DNA of 64,000 nucleotides from IMG/VR virus record IMGVR_UViG_3300045988_052780, one strand, 5' to 3'. Positions 31,264 through 40,432 of this stretch are shown one piece after another; position 1 is the first letter of the stretch; each line of letters opens with the position of its first letter. Both the position numbers and the translations under genes were made by a program. The notes under the pieces are model-generated. The model was not told the DNA's origin. It made no database searches and worked only from the letters and a program-made list of their open reading frames with translations. Source of the stretch: a virus.

Positions 31264-31718
31264 TAAGTATCATTAAAATTAATAAATTCTTTATCTGTAA
31301 CACATTCTTCTGAGACATTAGAACTAATCAAATTGGACTTCATTAGTTTGAATATGCTATTTCTTGCGTTAGCTATGCCACCAACAGTTATAACCCCACT
31401 AGTTAAATTCAAAGATCCAGGATATATACACATATCACTACTGCCCTTTGGACCATAAGCTATAAAGTAGGGTTTATTGCTATTTATGACTTTAATTAAT
31501 TCGCTTAAGATTCCATTAGTAAGTCTATGCAAAGGAGTACTAAAACTTACATCTGGAAGTATAAATATCACAATATCAGATGTATCCAAATATTCTGGAT
31601 GATAATCATCATGAAATTTGTTATATTTAATGCTAACGTTATAGTCTTTAAATACATCTGTGACTTTACTAAGAACTGTAGGCATATTGTATGGATAAGA
31701 TATATAAATATTATACAT
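31260..31718 (-). CDS. hypothetical protein; possibly nucleoside 2-deoxyribosyltransferase-like or flavodoxin-like fold (speculative)
   Basis: No clear motif. It sits between the Nudix gene and nadD. Confidence 0.4.
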   Translation of the reverse strand: MYNIYISYPYNMPTVLSKVTDVFKDYNVSIKYNKFHDDYHPEYLDTSDIVIFILPDVSFSTPLHRLTNGILSELIKVINSNKPYFIAYGPKGSSDMCIYPGSLNLTSGVITVGGIANARNSIFKLMKSNLISSNVSEECVTDKEFINFNDTY

Positions 31719-32289
31719 ATAGTTTATATTGCTTAATTATTTCATACACGTCGTCTCTAACAAAGGGTTTTATCCCAACCCCATCCTTAACTCTATTTCT
31801 AATGCAAGTAGAACACATTCTGATAGTTGGAACATATACTAGTGATACGTTATCTGGTAAGCCATACGGAGGTTCTTCTCCGTTAATTACCATAATAAAC
31901 TTGTAATCTTTAAGTATTGTAGATCCGTTATGCCAGTTTGGTATTTCTCTATAGGTTTCAGGAGTAGTAATTATTACCAATTCCTTGTCTGTTATTCTGG
32001 ATGATAGTTCCATCAATACATCATAGGTTGGAATGCCCTTATCATAGTCAGGATTCATCATTGACTTCTCTATGTCACTTACAAAGACATTAGGAAGGCT
32101 GTCGAATGCCATACAACACATAGCATACCTGTATGGGAATCTGGTACTACGCCCCTTCCATATATTCTGATATGCAGGAATTACTAATACTTTATCTACT
32201 AGTTTAGAATTAACAACTCCCATTACTACATTGGCATGTCCAATGTGAGGAGGATCGAATGAGCCAAAGAATAAACCTACTCTATTCAT
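31711..32289 (-). CDS. nadD: nicotinate/nicotinamide mononucleotide adenylyltransferase
   Basis: N-terminal GSFDPPHIGH matches the (H/T)xGH nucleotidyltransferase signature of NadD. Length is 192 aa. Confidence 0.85.
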   Translation of the reverse strand: MNRVGLFFGSFDPPHIGHANVVMGVVNSKLVDKVLVIPAYQNIWKGRSTRFPYRYAMCCMAFDSLPNVFVSDIEKSMMNPDYDKGIPTYDVLMELSSRITDKELVIITTPETYREIPNWHNGSTILKDYKFIMVINGEEPPYGLPDNVSLVYVPTIRMCSTCIRNRVKDGVGIKPFVRDDVYEIIKQYKLYV

Positions 32290-33271
32290 ATAACTTTCTA
32301 GATATATAAATTGGTGCTTTCTTACGTTTAAATTCAGAAGCTAAATGACGGCCCCAAACCTTATTGACTACATCTTCTCCATGTCTAGCACATAACTGTG
32401 ACCAGCAATCAGATTCTGCCATTTCATCATGTGGGTGCATGATTTGTCCAGCTGAATCATAGCTTTTTCTAAAGTCCTCGAATGGAATGAATCTACTAAG
32501 TATATCATCCACAGTAGCGTAGTCCTTAGCACCTATCTGGTCTAAGTCACTATTACTAATACCAAGACCATCAGTGGGAACTAGCTTGCAAGAATTATAT
32601 ATAGCACATGACATTGCTTTATAATTATCGCAAGTTTCTTTATAATCATTACGAAGAGCTTCTAGAGCTTTACTTTTATAATGGTCTTGCAAATAGTTTG
32701 CCAGTCCGTAAACTTCAGTCTTCCACAGGTCTTGAATCGGGTCAAAGTCACCCACATCACCATGAATAGTCCAGAACCCAAGCTGATATTCAGTTTGATT
32801 ATCTGTACTCATTACCAATCCTTTATGACGACTAGCTATATCATATAGATACATCATTCTGCACCTAGCTTGAAGATTACCATTAGCAATAGGAGTCCTA
32901 CTGGGCATTTCTTCTAGCTCATCGAGATAGTAAGAATTAGCTATATTGACATCACCTGCATCAGCACATGCGTCAAAGAGAGCTGCACGATAGGAACGTT
33001 CGGGCCTATAAACTGAGAAGTCATCACAGAAAGCTTCTCCAACTAACTTAGACACATCAAACTCGTCACTCTTATTCTTAATAGGAAGACTTCTACCTAT
33101 AAGTGGAATGCCAGTTTGTTTACTTACTTCATGACAAATGGCAGCAACAACAGTGGAGTCAATTCCTCCACTGATGCCTAATACCATTGCCTTGAGATTA
33201 TTAACTTTCACATAGTTTGCAGTCTCCTTTACTAGGACTTCAAACACTTTACTATAATCCAAGTTATTCAT
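32282..33271 (-). CDS. nadE: NAD+ synthetase (PP-loop ATP pyrophosphatase)
   Basis: The SGGxDS PP-loop appears as MVLGISGGIDSTVVAAI, which aligns to E. coli NadE LVLGISGGQDST. Confidence 0.85.
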   Translation of the reverse strand: MNNLDYSKVFEVLVKETANYVKVNNLKAMVLGISGGIDSTVVAAICHEVSKQTGIPLIGRSLPIKNKSDEFDVSKLVGEAFCDDFSVYRPERSYRAALFDACADAGDVNIANSYYLDELEEMPSRTPIANGNLQARCRMMYLYDIASRHKGLVMSTDNQTEYQLGFWTIHGDVGDFDPIQDLWKTEVYGLANYLQDHYKSKALEALRNDYKETCDNYKAMSCAIYNSCKLVPTDGLGISNSDLDQIGAKDYATVDDILSRFIPFEDFRKSYDSAGQIMHPHDEMAESDCWSQLCARHGEDVVNKVWGRHLASEFKRKKAPIYISRKLYE

Positions 33272-33453
33272 TTCAATTCACGTTTAAATGTGTATATAAG
33301 TCTTGAAATCTTAGTAGAAATAGAAATGTCTACACGTTTAGAATATTCATGAGATACCATTCCTACTAATTCCCAGCCTAAAGACCCTAGAGCGTCTAAT
33401 TCACTCTCTGATACTGGATAGACTCTTTCTAACATTTTATATTCAAACTTCAT
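33268..33453 (-). CDS. hypothetical small protein
   Basis: Tiled ORF between nadE and pncB. Confidence 0.3.
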   Translation of the reverse strand: MKFEYKMLERVYPVSESELDALGSLGWELVGMVSHEYSKRVDISISTKISRLIYTFKRELK

Positions 33454-33584
33454 ATTAACTGTGTTTATAAAACAGATAGTTATATTGAGCTTCGGTCATT
33501 TTAACAGCAGCACAGAGAATCCATCCCTGTGCTCCCAGCTCATTTAATTCTTCCACGCTCATTACTGAACCATATACAGTCTTT

Positions 33585-34763
33585 CTAAGGTACTCTATAT
33601 GCATATCCCAAATCAGTTAAACACCTTTGAACATCCTCAATCTTACCGGTGTGTTTACCGGCATCATCTGATAATTTAACACAACCAAATATTGGTTGGT
33701 TAGAATTCATTTGGCAGCTAGTAAGTTTCATTACAATGTTAGCTGGCTTAAAACCAGTATCGTTAGTAAGATTAGTACCAATACCAAATGAACATCTAAT
33801 CCTACCTCTACAGTATTCCATAATATCTTGACATTTGTCAAAATCTAGGGCATTACTAAAGACAATGGTCTTAGTCGTGGGATCAACACCAAGTTCTTTA
33901 TAACGACTAATCATATCGTTTATAAACTTGTATTCATCCCCAGAATCACATCGTACTCCGTCAAACAGTTTAGCTTGCTTACGAGACAGATTCTTCATAA
34001 ACGTATACGAGGTATATGTATCAGACAATGCTATACCTAGATCGCCATCATACACATTTACCCAGTTCTCAAGAGCCATATAGTTAGCCTGCCTATAACC
34101 ATACATAGCACCATGGAACATGAACCATTCATGTGGGTGAGTTCCCATCATAGGCATATCATACTTCATTGCTAAATGGCAATTAGAAGTACCAGTACAA
34201 TAAATAGATCCTTCCTTGATTGTAGATACTACTATGTCTTGCACATTATAACTAAATCGTCTTCTAGTACCAAATTCAGAGAATTTAATCCCGGCAACAT
34301 TAGAAAGCTTAATTTTAGGTGATAGCCTCTTAATAACGTCAGCCAAATCACAGTTGTTATCAAATATTCTGCTGCGCAATTCTGATACTATTGCAAGAAT
34401 AGGTACTTCATATAAAGTAACCTTATAAAGATAGTCAGTTACTTTAATGTGTAAGTGGCCGTTTTCATCTAAGGATGCTTGTATTTTGCCAGAATTGAAT
34501 TTAAATGAAGATAGCCATTCCCAATAGACTGGAGGAATGAATCTACAATTATTATTCATATATTCTTGTTCATCCTTAGCAAGATGTAACATTCCTAGGG
34601 AACCAAGCTCCAAGTATAGTCTCTCTATGAAGTCTTCTGGATACTCAGTATTATCACGATCAATAAATTCAAAAGTTCCTCTAGCTTGAGGAAATAATTT
34701 CATATAAGCATACGAAGTTGTAAACTTATATAAATCTGTATCTAATATAGATTTAATTATCAT
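33585..34763 (-). CDS. pncB: nicotinate phosphoribosyltransferase
   Basis: Several blocks match E. coli PncB. ILDTDLYKF aligns to LLDTDAYKL. FGTRRRFS and GTSN are shared. GIALSD aligns to GIALTD. RCDSGD aligns to RHDSGD. SFGIGT is shared. KLSDDAGK aligns to KLSDSPGK. Confidence 0.9.
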   Translation of the reverse strand: MIIKSILDTDLYKFTTSYAYMKLFPQARGTFEFIDRDNTEYPEDFIERLYLELGSLGMLHLAKDEQEYMNNNCRFIPPVYWEWLSSFKFNSGKIQASLDENGHLHIKVTDYLYKVTLYEVPILAIVSELRSRIFDNNCDLADVIKRLSPKIKLSNVAGIKFSEFGTRRRFSYNVQDIVVSTIKEGSIYCTGTSNCHLAMKYDMPMMGTHPHEWFMFHGAMYGYRQANYMALENWVNVYDGDLGIALSDTYTSYTFMKNLSRKQAKLFDGVRCDSGDEYKFINDMISRYKELGVDPTTKTIVFSNALDFDKCQDIMEYCRGRIRCSFGIGTNLTNDTGFKPANIVMKLTSCQMNSNQPIFGCVKLSDDAGKHTGKIEDVQRCLTDLGYAYRVP

Positions 34764-35055
34764 CTCGTTTAAACATTTCTATAATTCTACACACTACTGA
34801 ATCGATAGTTTGTAATGATTCTATTATTCTACTATCTCTATATTCCTTAGACCAGGTACTATACTCTTTATGGTTAGTTATTCTCTGCACTATAGAGCCT
34901 ATTACTAGAATAGCATTGACATAAGGAATCAAGCCTACTATGCCCGTAAACACTACTACTTTAGTAGTAAGATAAGGCCTAGTAACTTCATTAGAATAAA
35001 CACTAGCAATTACACATACAAACACCAGTACTGAAATAGCATAAATTAATCCCAT
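34753..35055 (-). CDS. small membrane protein (2 predicted TM helices)
   Basis: Hydrophobic segments VLVFVCVIASV and GIVGLIPYVNAILVIGSIV. Confidence 0.4.
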   Translation of the reverse strand: MGLIYAISVLVFVCVIASVYSNEVTRPYLTTKVVVFTGIVGLIPYVNAILVIGSIVQRITNHKEYSTWSKEYRDSRIIESLQTIDSVVCRIIEMFKRDDN

Positions 35056-35624
35056 TTTAAGTTATATTCTTTAATTAGTTCAACTAGTTTATCTCCTCCG
35101 TCTATAGAGGCTATATACTTAGTATCTACTATTATGTTGTCTGCATACCCCATAGCTATTAAACTACAAATGGTTTCATACACACAATAATCACCAGCTA
35201 TACCGACTACTCGAATTTCGTTATCTGGGTCAGATTCAAAATCAAGTAATATGTCTGATATAACAGAAAGACTTTCTAGATTATCAAAGATACTATATTC
35301 TTCTTTGTCAGTACTATCTCCTTTAATAAAGATGTCTGTATCCTTACGATAAGCATAGTTGTTTATTACACTCCACAGTGGAGCATACACACAACTACCA
35401 GCAGTACCTTTAACACAATGTGGAGGCCATTGACCTCCGTTCTCTTTAAAGGAGCAGTGATTAGATGGGTGAAAGTCCTTAGTAATCATTACATAGTCAC
35501 AGTCAATTTCACCGTTCTGTAATGCACTAGCAAGAGCATCCATCTTCTCTTTAGCTCCTTCTACAGCTAAGGACCCACTGATAAAATCTACCTGTGGGTC
35601 TACAATTAATAAGATCTTGTCCAT
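35046..35624 (-). CDS. pncA: nicotinamidase (isochorismatase family)
   Basis: Several blocks match E. coli PncA. LLIVDPQVDF aligns to LLLVDLQNDF. DFHPSNHCSF aligns to DWHPANHGSF. WPPHCV aligns to WPDHCV. GIAGDYCV aligns to GLATDYCV. Confidence 0.9.
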   Translation of the reverse strand: MDKILLIVDPQVDFISGSLAVEGAKEKMDALASALQNGEIDCDYVMITKDFHPSNHCSFKENGGQWPPHCVKGTAGSCVYAPLWSVINNYAYRKDTDIFIKGDSTDKEEYSIFDNLESLSVISDILLDFESDPDNEIRVVGIAGDYCVYETICSLIAMGYADNIIVDTKYIASIDGGDKLVELIKEYNLKWD

Positions 35625-35625
35625 T

Positions 35626-35859
35626 CTACTTACTATATGCTGCTATAGCAGCCCCAATTACTATAATTATTAGAGCAATTATTAAAATTCCGAATACAAG
35701 GGCAACTGGTATCCATAATGGAGCCAGCACCCACCACCAAGACCAAGTAGCTACAGCAGAAACTCCTAATAGCTTAAGAGTTATAAATACAATTGCTAAA
35801 AGTGTACACAAACTGGGTCCTCTATATATTACTTCAGGAGTGTTAACTGTATACTTCAT
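35626..35859 (-). CDS. small membrane protein
   Basis: 77 aa, almost entirely hydrophobic, with two TM helices. Confidence 0.4.
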   Translation of the reverse strand: MKYTVNTPEVIYRGPSLCTLLAIVFITLKLLGVSAVATWSWWWVLAPLWIPVALVFGILIIALIIIVIGAAIAAYSK

Positions 35860-35860
35860 T

Positions 35861-36580
35861 TTAGATATTTAAGTATAAGGGTTCATAATGAATATTATAA
35901 TCTTCTCCCACTAAGCTTACATTGGCTAAATGAATACCTGTAATTTCCTGTAATTCATGATTACCACTGTGAATGTGTCCACAAAAGCAATAATCTGGTT
36001 GCTTACGCATTATTTCGTCTGCTAGCCAAGGATTGCCTGCATCTTTACCTGCCCATGCTCCAGTATGTATCTCTCCTAAACCTAACATCTTAGGGGCATC
36101 ATGAGAAAGTAGAATATTGCAATCTATAGGAATATCGGAATATCTATCCTGTAATGTCTCCGATTCTCGCATAAATGCCCAATTACCGAAGATCTTACAG
36201 TATGGAGTTCCAAAGATTCTAAGTTTAACAAAGACTCCAGGCTTTACTTCGTAATCATAATCCCACATTTTATGATGGAGATATACTAGCTTACCATCCG
36301 TAGGTTTATTAAATGTTTCATATATTTCAGGTTCCATACCTCCATTTCTTTCAAACCAGAAGTCATGATTACCTGCTATAAATATAACATGTTTACACGG
36401 AAGATTGTTAGCCCACGGAATAAACTCAGTCTTTAACCATTCTAGAGAAGCAGGCATATTTAACTGAACAGACAGTGGCATTATATCTCCACATATGAAG
36501 AATAACTCACAGGGTTCTATTTCTGGAAGTATTCCATGTAAATCAGATGTTGCTCCTATTCGCATTTCTCGGCTGTACAT
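35861..36580 (-). CDS. calcineurin-like metallophosphoesterase
   Basis: Motifs SDLHG, GDIM, GNHDFW and GHIH are present in canonical order. Confidence 0.75.
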   Translation of the reverse strand: MYSREMRIGATSDLHGILPEIEPCELFFICGDIMPLSVQLNMPASLEWLKTEFIPWANNLPCKHVIFIAGNHDFWFERNGGMEPEIYETFNKPTDGKLVYLHHKMWDYDYEVKPGVFVKLRIFGTPYCKIFGNWAFMRESETLQDRYSDIPIDCNILLSHDAPKMLGLGEIHTGAWAGKDAGNPWLADEIMRKQPDYCFCGHIHSGNHELQEITGIHLANVSLVGEDYNIHYEPLYLNI

Positions 36581-36798
36581 TTAATCCGTATTTCAACCAT
36601 CTCTCCATCGTCAATGTTAGGAAGTGATTCCATAAAGTCTATACCGTAGACATCCTCAATCTCCGTTTCTGGTATCCACTCATAATCCTCTGGTTCCTCA
36701 TCAGAGTTATTCCATATATCTTCATACTTAACTGGAGCTACTGACCCTTTATAAAGCCATTTATCTCCGATGTCGTCTATACAATACCAAAACCTCAT
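36556..36798 (-). CDS. hypothetical small acidic protein (WYCxD family, paralog 1)
   Basis: Begins MRFWYCIDD and ends GEMVEIRIKC. Similar to the adjacent ORF. Confidence 0.4.
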   Translation of the reverse strand: MRFWYCIDDIGDKWLYKGSVAPVKYEDIWNNSDEEPEDYEWIPETEIEDVYGIDFMESLPNIDDGEMVEIRIKCTAEKCE

Positions 36799-36800
36799 AG

Positions 36801-37049
36801 TTACTTCATTTTAAGTTCACATACAAGTTCTATCTCCATACATTCCCCTTTATTCAGTTCAGGGAAAGCAACTGTTCCGAACAACTTATTAAGGCTGTCA
36901 TTAAAGTCTTCTTCCGACCAAAATATACCATCGTCGTCTGATTCCTCCCACTTTCCATCATTCATAGTTGGAGGATTGTATCCAACATATAAATATACAT
37001 AATCAGCAAGACTTCCTTTTAAGTCTCTACAATACCATGCTCGTTTCAT
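36801..37049 (-). CDS. hypothetical small acidic protein (WYCxD family, paralog 2)
   Basis: Begins MKRAWYCRD and ends GECMEIELVC. Tandem paralog of 36556..36798. Confidence 0.4.
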   Translation of the reverse strand: MKRAWYCRDLKGSLADYVYLYVGYNPPTMNDGKWEESDDDGIFWSEEDFNDSLNKLFGTVAFPELNKGECMEIELVCELKMK

Positions 37050-37309
37050 TCTTTATACCAAGTCGTATTTAACTGTTCGTCAATCTCAAACTGTAATGGG
37101 CCCTTATCAGGCGTAGTGGTTGGAATAAAACAATCTCTAAACACATCGTCTGTAGCCGAGGTCCAAAGAAATTTGTTATCATTTCCACGCCAGCTGCCAC
37201 CCCTTGTTGCTGTAGGCGCATCGCCATCTGTAACATATAAGTCTCCTTCCTGTACAGCTACTACCCACCATTTACCTACTGGACTAGTTATGGGGATTCT
37301 CATGTCCAA
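37046..37309 (-). CDS. hypothetical protein
   Basis: Tiled ORF. Confidence 0.35.
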   Translation of the reverse strand: MDMRIPITSPVGKWWVVAVQEGDLYVTDGDAPTATRGGSWRGNDNKFLWTSATDDVFRDCFIPTTTPDKGPLQFEIDEQLNTTWYKE

Positions 37310-37565
37310 ATTCAGATATATCTTTTAAGTAGTCAAACATTTCATCTTCATCTTTAGTAAGCTCTAAAAGTGGAATTATTGATATGGATATACCAGGTCT
37401 ATATACATAATACCACTTGTTATCAACACCAACCCAAGTAGCTAAGTCCGATGTACGCATATAAGGCTTACCTTGAGCTTCTAGTTCTCTTCTAATGCCT
37501 GGATTTGGACACGAAGGACCAAGTTCTATCTCTATACTGTGTCCATGAATTACTTTAACCGACAT
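37284..37565 (-). CDS. hypothetical protein
   Basis: Tiled ORF. Confidence 0.35.
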   Translation of the reverse strand: MSVKVIHGHSIEIELGPSCPNPGIRRELEAQGKPYMRTSDLATWVGVDNKWYYVYRPGISISIIPLLELTKDEDEMFDYLKDISEFGHENPHN

Positions 37566-37570
37566 AGGTT

Positions 37571-37807
37571 TTAGTCATTACTAAGAGTTATTGATCCTTC
37601 GAAGCGAGACCATCTAGATAATTCCTTATAAGTCTTTAAAGTTCCAGGTGGCGTTGCATTATGTTGTAAGACAACTACCATATACCCATTATCATCAGAG
37701 CGGCCAACGTAAATACCTATAACAGTTAATCCGAAGTCTCCAAATCTGATTATGGTTCCCTTCTTAGGAGTAGGAACCATTTCGGCATTGTTCATAACTA
37801 CCTTCAT
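37571..37807 (-). CDS. hypothetical protein
   Basis: Tiled ORF. Confidence 0.35.
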   Translation of the reverse strand: MKVVMNNAEMVPTPKKGTIIRFGDFGLTVIGIYVGRSDDNGYMVVVLQHNATPPGTLKTYKELSRWSRFEGSITLSND

Positions 37808-38211
37808 TCCTTCAAGTCTCCCATTACATTACGGCTAAGCCTGTCATCAATTCTCTCCTTACAAGCATCAAGATAAGCTTCAAGTGCAGCTACCTGTTTG
37901 GCATTCTGTTCACAAGGGAACTTCTCATTGAGCTTCTTTACTCTATCGAGTAAGATAAGTACCAGTTGTTCTGATTGCCAGCCTGGAGTTATTGTGCCAT
38001 CTTCATGTTTATGGACAAACTGAATAGTATCAGTAGCATCCACATACTTAGTTTTACCATTAACAAAGCCAGCACACATTTGGGCACGGTAACGATGAGC
38101 TCCATTGAATCCATCATCGGGAATTACTTCAATAGTTTCCTTATTACTAGGATACACCTTTAAGTCCTTAACTGGAACATACTTCTTTCTACTACTAATA
38201 ATTCTTGCCAT
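37804..38211 (-). CDS. hypothetical protein
   Basis: Tiled ORF, 135 aa. Confidence 0.4.
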   Translation of the reverse strand: MARIISSRKKYVPVKDLKVYPSNKETIEVIPDDGFNGAHRYRAQMCAGFVNGKTKYVDATDTIQFVHKHEDGTITPGWQSEQLVLILLDRVKKLNEKFPCEQNAKQVAALEAYLDACKERIDDRLSRNVMGDLKE

Positions 38212-38216
38212 AATAC

Positions 38217-38429
38217 TTATTCTTTATAAATGTTAAATGTTTCACCTATTTCATTAAGAGTATCGCATAGATGTTCTACACATCTTATAAGTGCCTCTTT
38301 CTCCAATCCTTCTAGCCATTTAAGTCTAGTCTCTGGAGTACAATCTTCAATACAAGTAGGAATGGGTTTCTCCTCTCCTTCTAGTTTATCGAAGATAAAT
38401 ATACCACTAAGATTTCTCCGCAATTTCAT
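38217..38429 (-). CDS. hypothetical protein
   Basis: Tiled ORF. Confidence 0.35.
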   Translation of the reverse strand: MKLRRNLSGIFIFDKLEGEEKPIPTCIEDCTPETRLKWLEGLEKEALIRCVEHLCDTLNEIGETFNIYKE

Positions 38430-38628
38430 ACTTCATTTCAAACTCTATCGGTGTATCATACCAAGTAATGTTTGGAGTTTCTACACCATTAAACAATTCA
38501 CTTGTAGCGGAATATGCTTCTCCATCGCAGTTCCACATTTCACTGTCAACATCTCTGTAAGGTGCTTCTGTATAGAAGTATCCTTCTCCATCTCTGTCAA
38601 CAGCATACCAGACTCTAATTGCTTTCAT
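38407..38628 (-). CDS. hypothetical small acidic protein (distant WY(A/C)xD-family member?)
   Basis: Begins [19 protein letters not shown], which resembles the 36.5-37.0 kb paralogs. Confidence 0.35.
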   Translation of the reverse strand: MKAIRVWYAVDRDGEGYFYTEAPYRDVDSEMWNCDGEAYSATSELFNGVETPNITWYDTPIEFEMKYEIAEKS

Positions 38629-39205
38629 TTACTTGTTTCTCAATTATATGTTTTACTTGTATATATGACACAGGAATATAATTGTTATTATCAACTCCTA
38701 CATCGTATTGAGTCGGGAATAAATATTTTAATCTATCAATATCAATTCCCGTACCATTTGGACCTGAATGCACATGCCCAAATAATTGCCATACAGTAGC
38801 CTCTGGTTTGCGGTATGTTCCGCCATAACACAAGAAAGGATAGTGATTCAAGTAAATACTACGATTCTCTATCCTTATTTGCATTTGTGGAACTACTGCC
38901 TCAAACTTATCCATGTAACCTTGACGTATGTTCTTGTGGTCGTGATTCCCGAGTATTAGGTATATTTTACCATTAAGTCGGGATAAAACCTTATTCCATA
39001 CATCACTGCCACCCAAAGCAAAATCTCCCAAATGGAAGACTGTATCATCGTCTGTGACCACATTATTCCAGTTCTCTACCAACATATCGTTCATATGATT
39101 AACATCTCTGAATGGACGCCTACACAGATTAATAATGTTAGCATGGTTCCAGTGGGTATCTGACGTAAAGAAAGTATGCTCCGGGTCAAATTCAAACTGC
39201 TTCAT
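38615..39205 (-). CDS. calcineurin-like metallophosphoesterase
   Basis: Motifs SDTHWNH, GDFA and GNHD are present. Confidence 0.75.
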   Translation of the reverse strand: MKQFEFDPEHTFFTSDTHWNHANIINLCRRPFRDVNHMNDMLVENWNNVVTDDDTVFHLGDFALGGSDVWNKVLSRLNGKIYLILGNHDHKNIRQGYMDKFEAVVPQMQIRIENRSIYLNHYPFLCYGGTYRKPEATVWQLFGHVHSGPNGTGIDIDRLKYLFPTQYDVGVDNNNYIPVSYIQVKHIIEKQVNESN

Positions 39206-39534
39206 TTACCACAACAATATTTATACTTCTTACCACTGCCACATGGACACGTTTCATTCCTTCCAATCTTAGGAGCTTCACGTACATATGGAGTTCTACT
39301 TAGATATTTACTAATCATGTTTCTTAATTTAACCTCTTCCTCTGGAGATAGTTCCTTATCAAGGTCTAAGGCTGCTTTAGCTTCTTGCATTCTAAATGTG
39401 AATAAATATTTAACAAATAATATTAATCTACATATCCTATTAATCTGCATATCGAAGATTCTTTGATCAGCTCTGTGCTGTTCACGTTTAGTTCTTCTGA
39501 TATCAGTTCTAAACTTGTATACTCCCTGGATCAT
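39202..39534 (-). CDS. SEC-C motif (zinc-binding) protein
   Basis: C-terminal [15 protein letters not shown] matches the SecA C-terminal metal-binding motif. Confidence 0.5.
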   Translation of the reverse strand: MIQGVYKFRTDIRRTKREQHRADQRIFDMQINRICRLILFVKYLFTFRMQEAKAALDLDKELSPEEEVKLRNMISKYLSRTPYVREAPKIGRNETCPCGSGKKYKYCCGK

Positions 39535-40432
39535 AAGTATTAATATAACCTGCTAATATCATCCTATCCCTCAGCTCAATTGCTAACTCCCTAGCTTGAG
39601 GATGAGCATCACGTGCACATCTTAAATTGAAGAATCCTGCCCACTGTTCATCAGTACCAGTCATTATTAATTCTGTCTTTAATGCTAAAGGTAATACATT
39701 TCTAGCTTGTTGAGCAGGCTCACCCTCTGTCAACAATCCGAAATATGTACTTTCTGCCTCACACATAGCTTGTATCCATGCGGCTTCAGTTCGAGACAAT
39801 CCTTCAGATATAGTTAAATCATAAGTATGACATAATTCTATATTATATGAATTACCCTCGAACATATTCTTATACCAGCACGGTATTATACAATTTAATT
39901 CCTTACCAAACTTAGCCTTAGAGTAATTACAATACCTAGTACTCTCTTGAGCAAAACTAAATACTCTATGTCTACAGAACTCTCTGGCAACTCCCATATC
40001 ACATATAAACCTTACAGTTATTCGTCTAACATGATACTCTGTAGGTTCACATAAATATTGCAAATCATCAAGCCAGCCATTCTGAAGTAGTACTCTATAG
40101 TTACTAGTCACACACCAATAATCATAAATTTGACTGTTTTGCACTATAGAATATGGATTATCAATATATTTAGTAGCTATAGCTTCATTAGAGAAATACC
40201 CTGTATCATACATAATTCCATAAGGAATCTTAAGATATACAGTGCCATGCTCTAACATAGCAGTATGACCTCTAGCTACAATAACATTATCAATAAACTT
40301 TCTGGCACTATCTTCAGTAATCTTATCTTCAGACTTGTAACAAGTCCTTGCACACAGTTCCATGTGTTTGAAGAGACCTTCAACACCTGGTTTCTGGTTA
40401 ATAATTTCTACTTTCGGTTTGATTAAACGCAC
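39509..40432 (-). CDS. thyX: flavin-dependent thymidylate synthase
   Basis: ThyX signature RHRxxxxxxxSxR appears as [16 protein letters not shown]. Length is 307 aa. Confidence 0.9.
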   Translation of the reverse strand: MRLIKPKVEIINQKPGVEGLFKHMELCARTCYKSEDKITEDSARKFIDNVIVARGHTAMLEHGTVYLKIPYGIMYDTGYFSNEAIATKYIDNPYSIVQNSQIYDYWCVTSNYRVLLQNGWLDDLQYLCEPTEYHVRRITVRFICDMGVAREFCRHRVFSFAQESTRYCNYSKAKFGKELNCIIPCWYKNMFEGNSYNIELCHTYDLTISEGLSRTEAAWIQAMCEAESTYFGLLTEGEPAQQARNVLPLALKTELIMTGTDEQWAGFFNLRCARDAHPQARELAIELRDRMILAGYINTYDPGSIQV

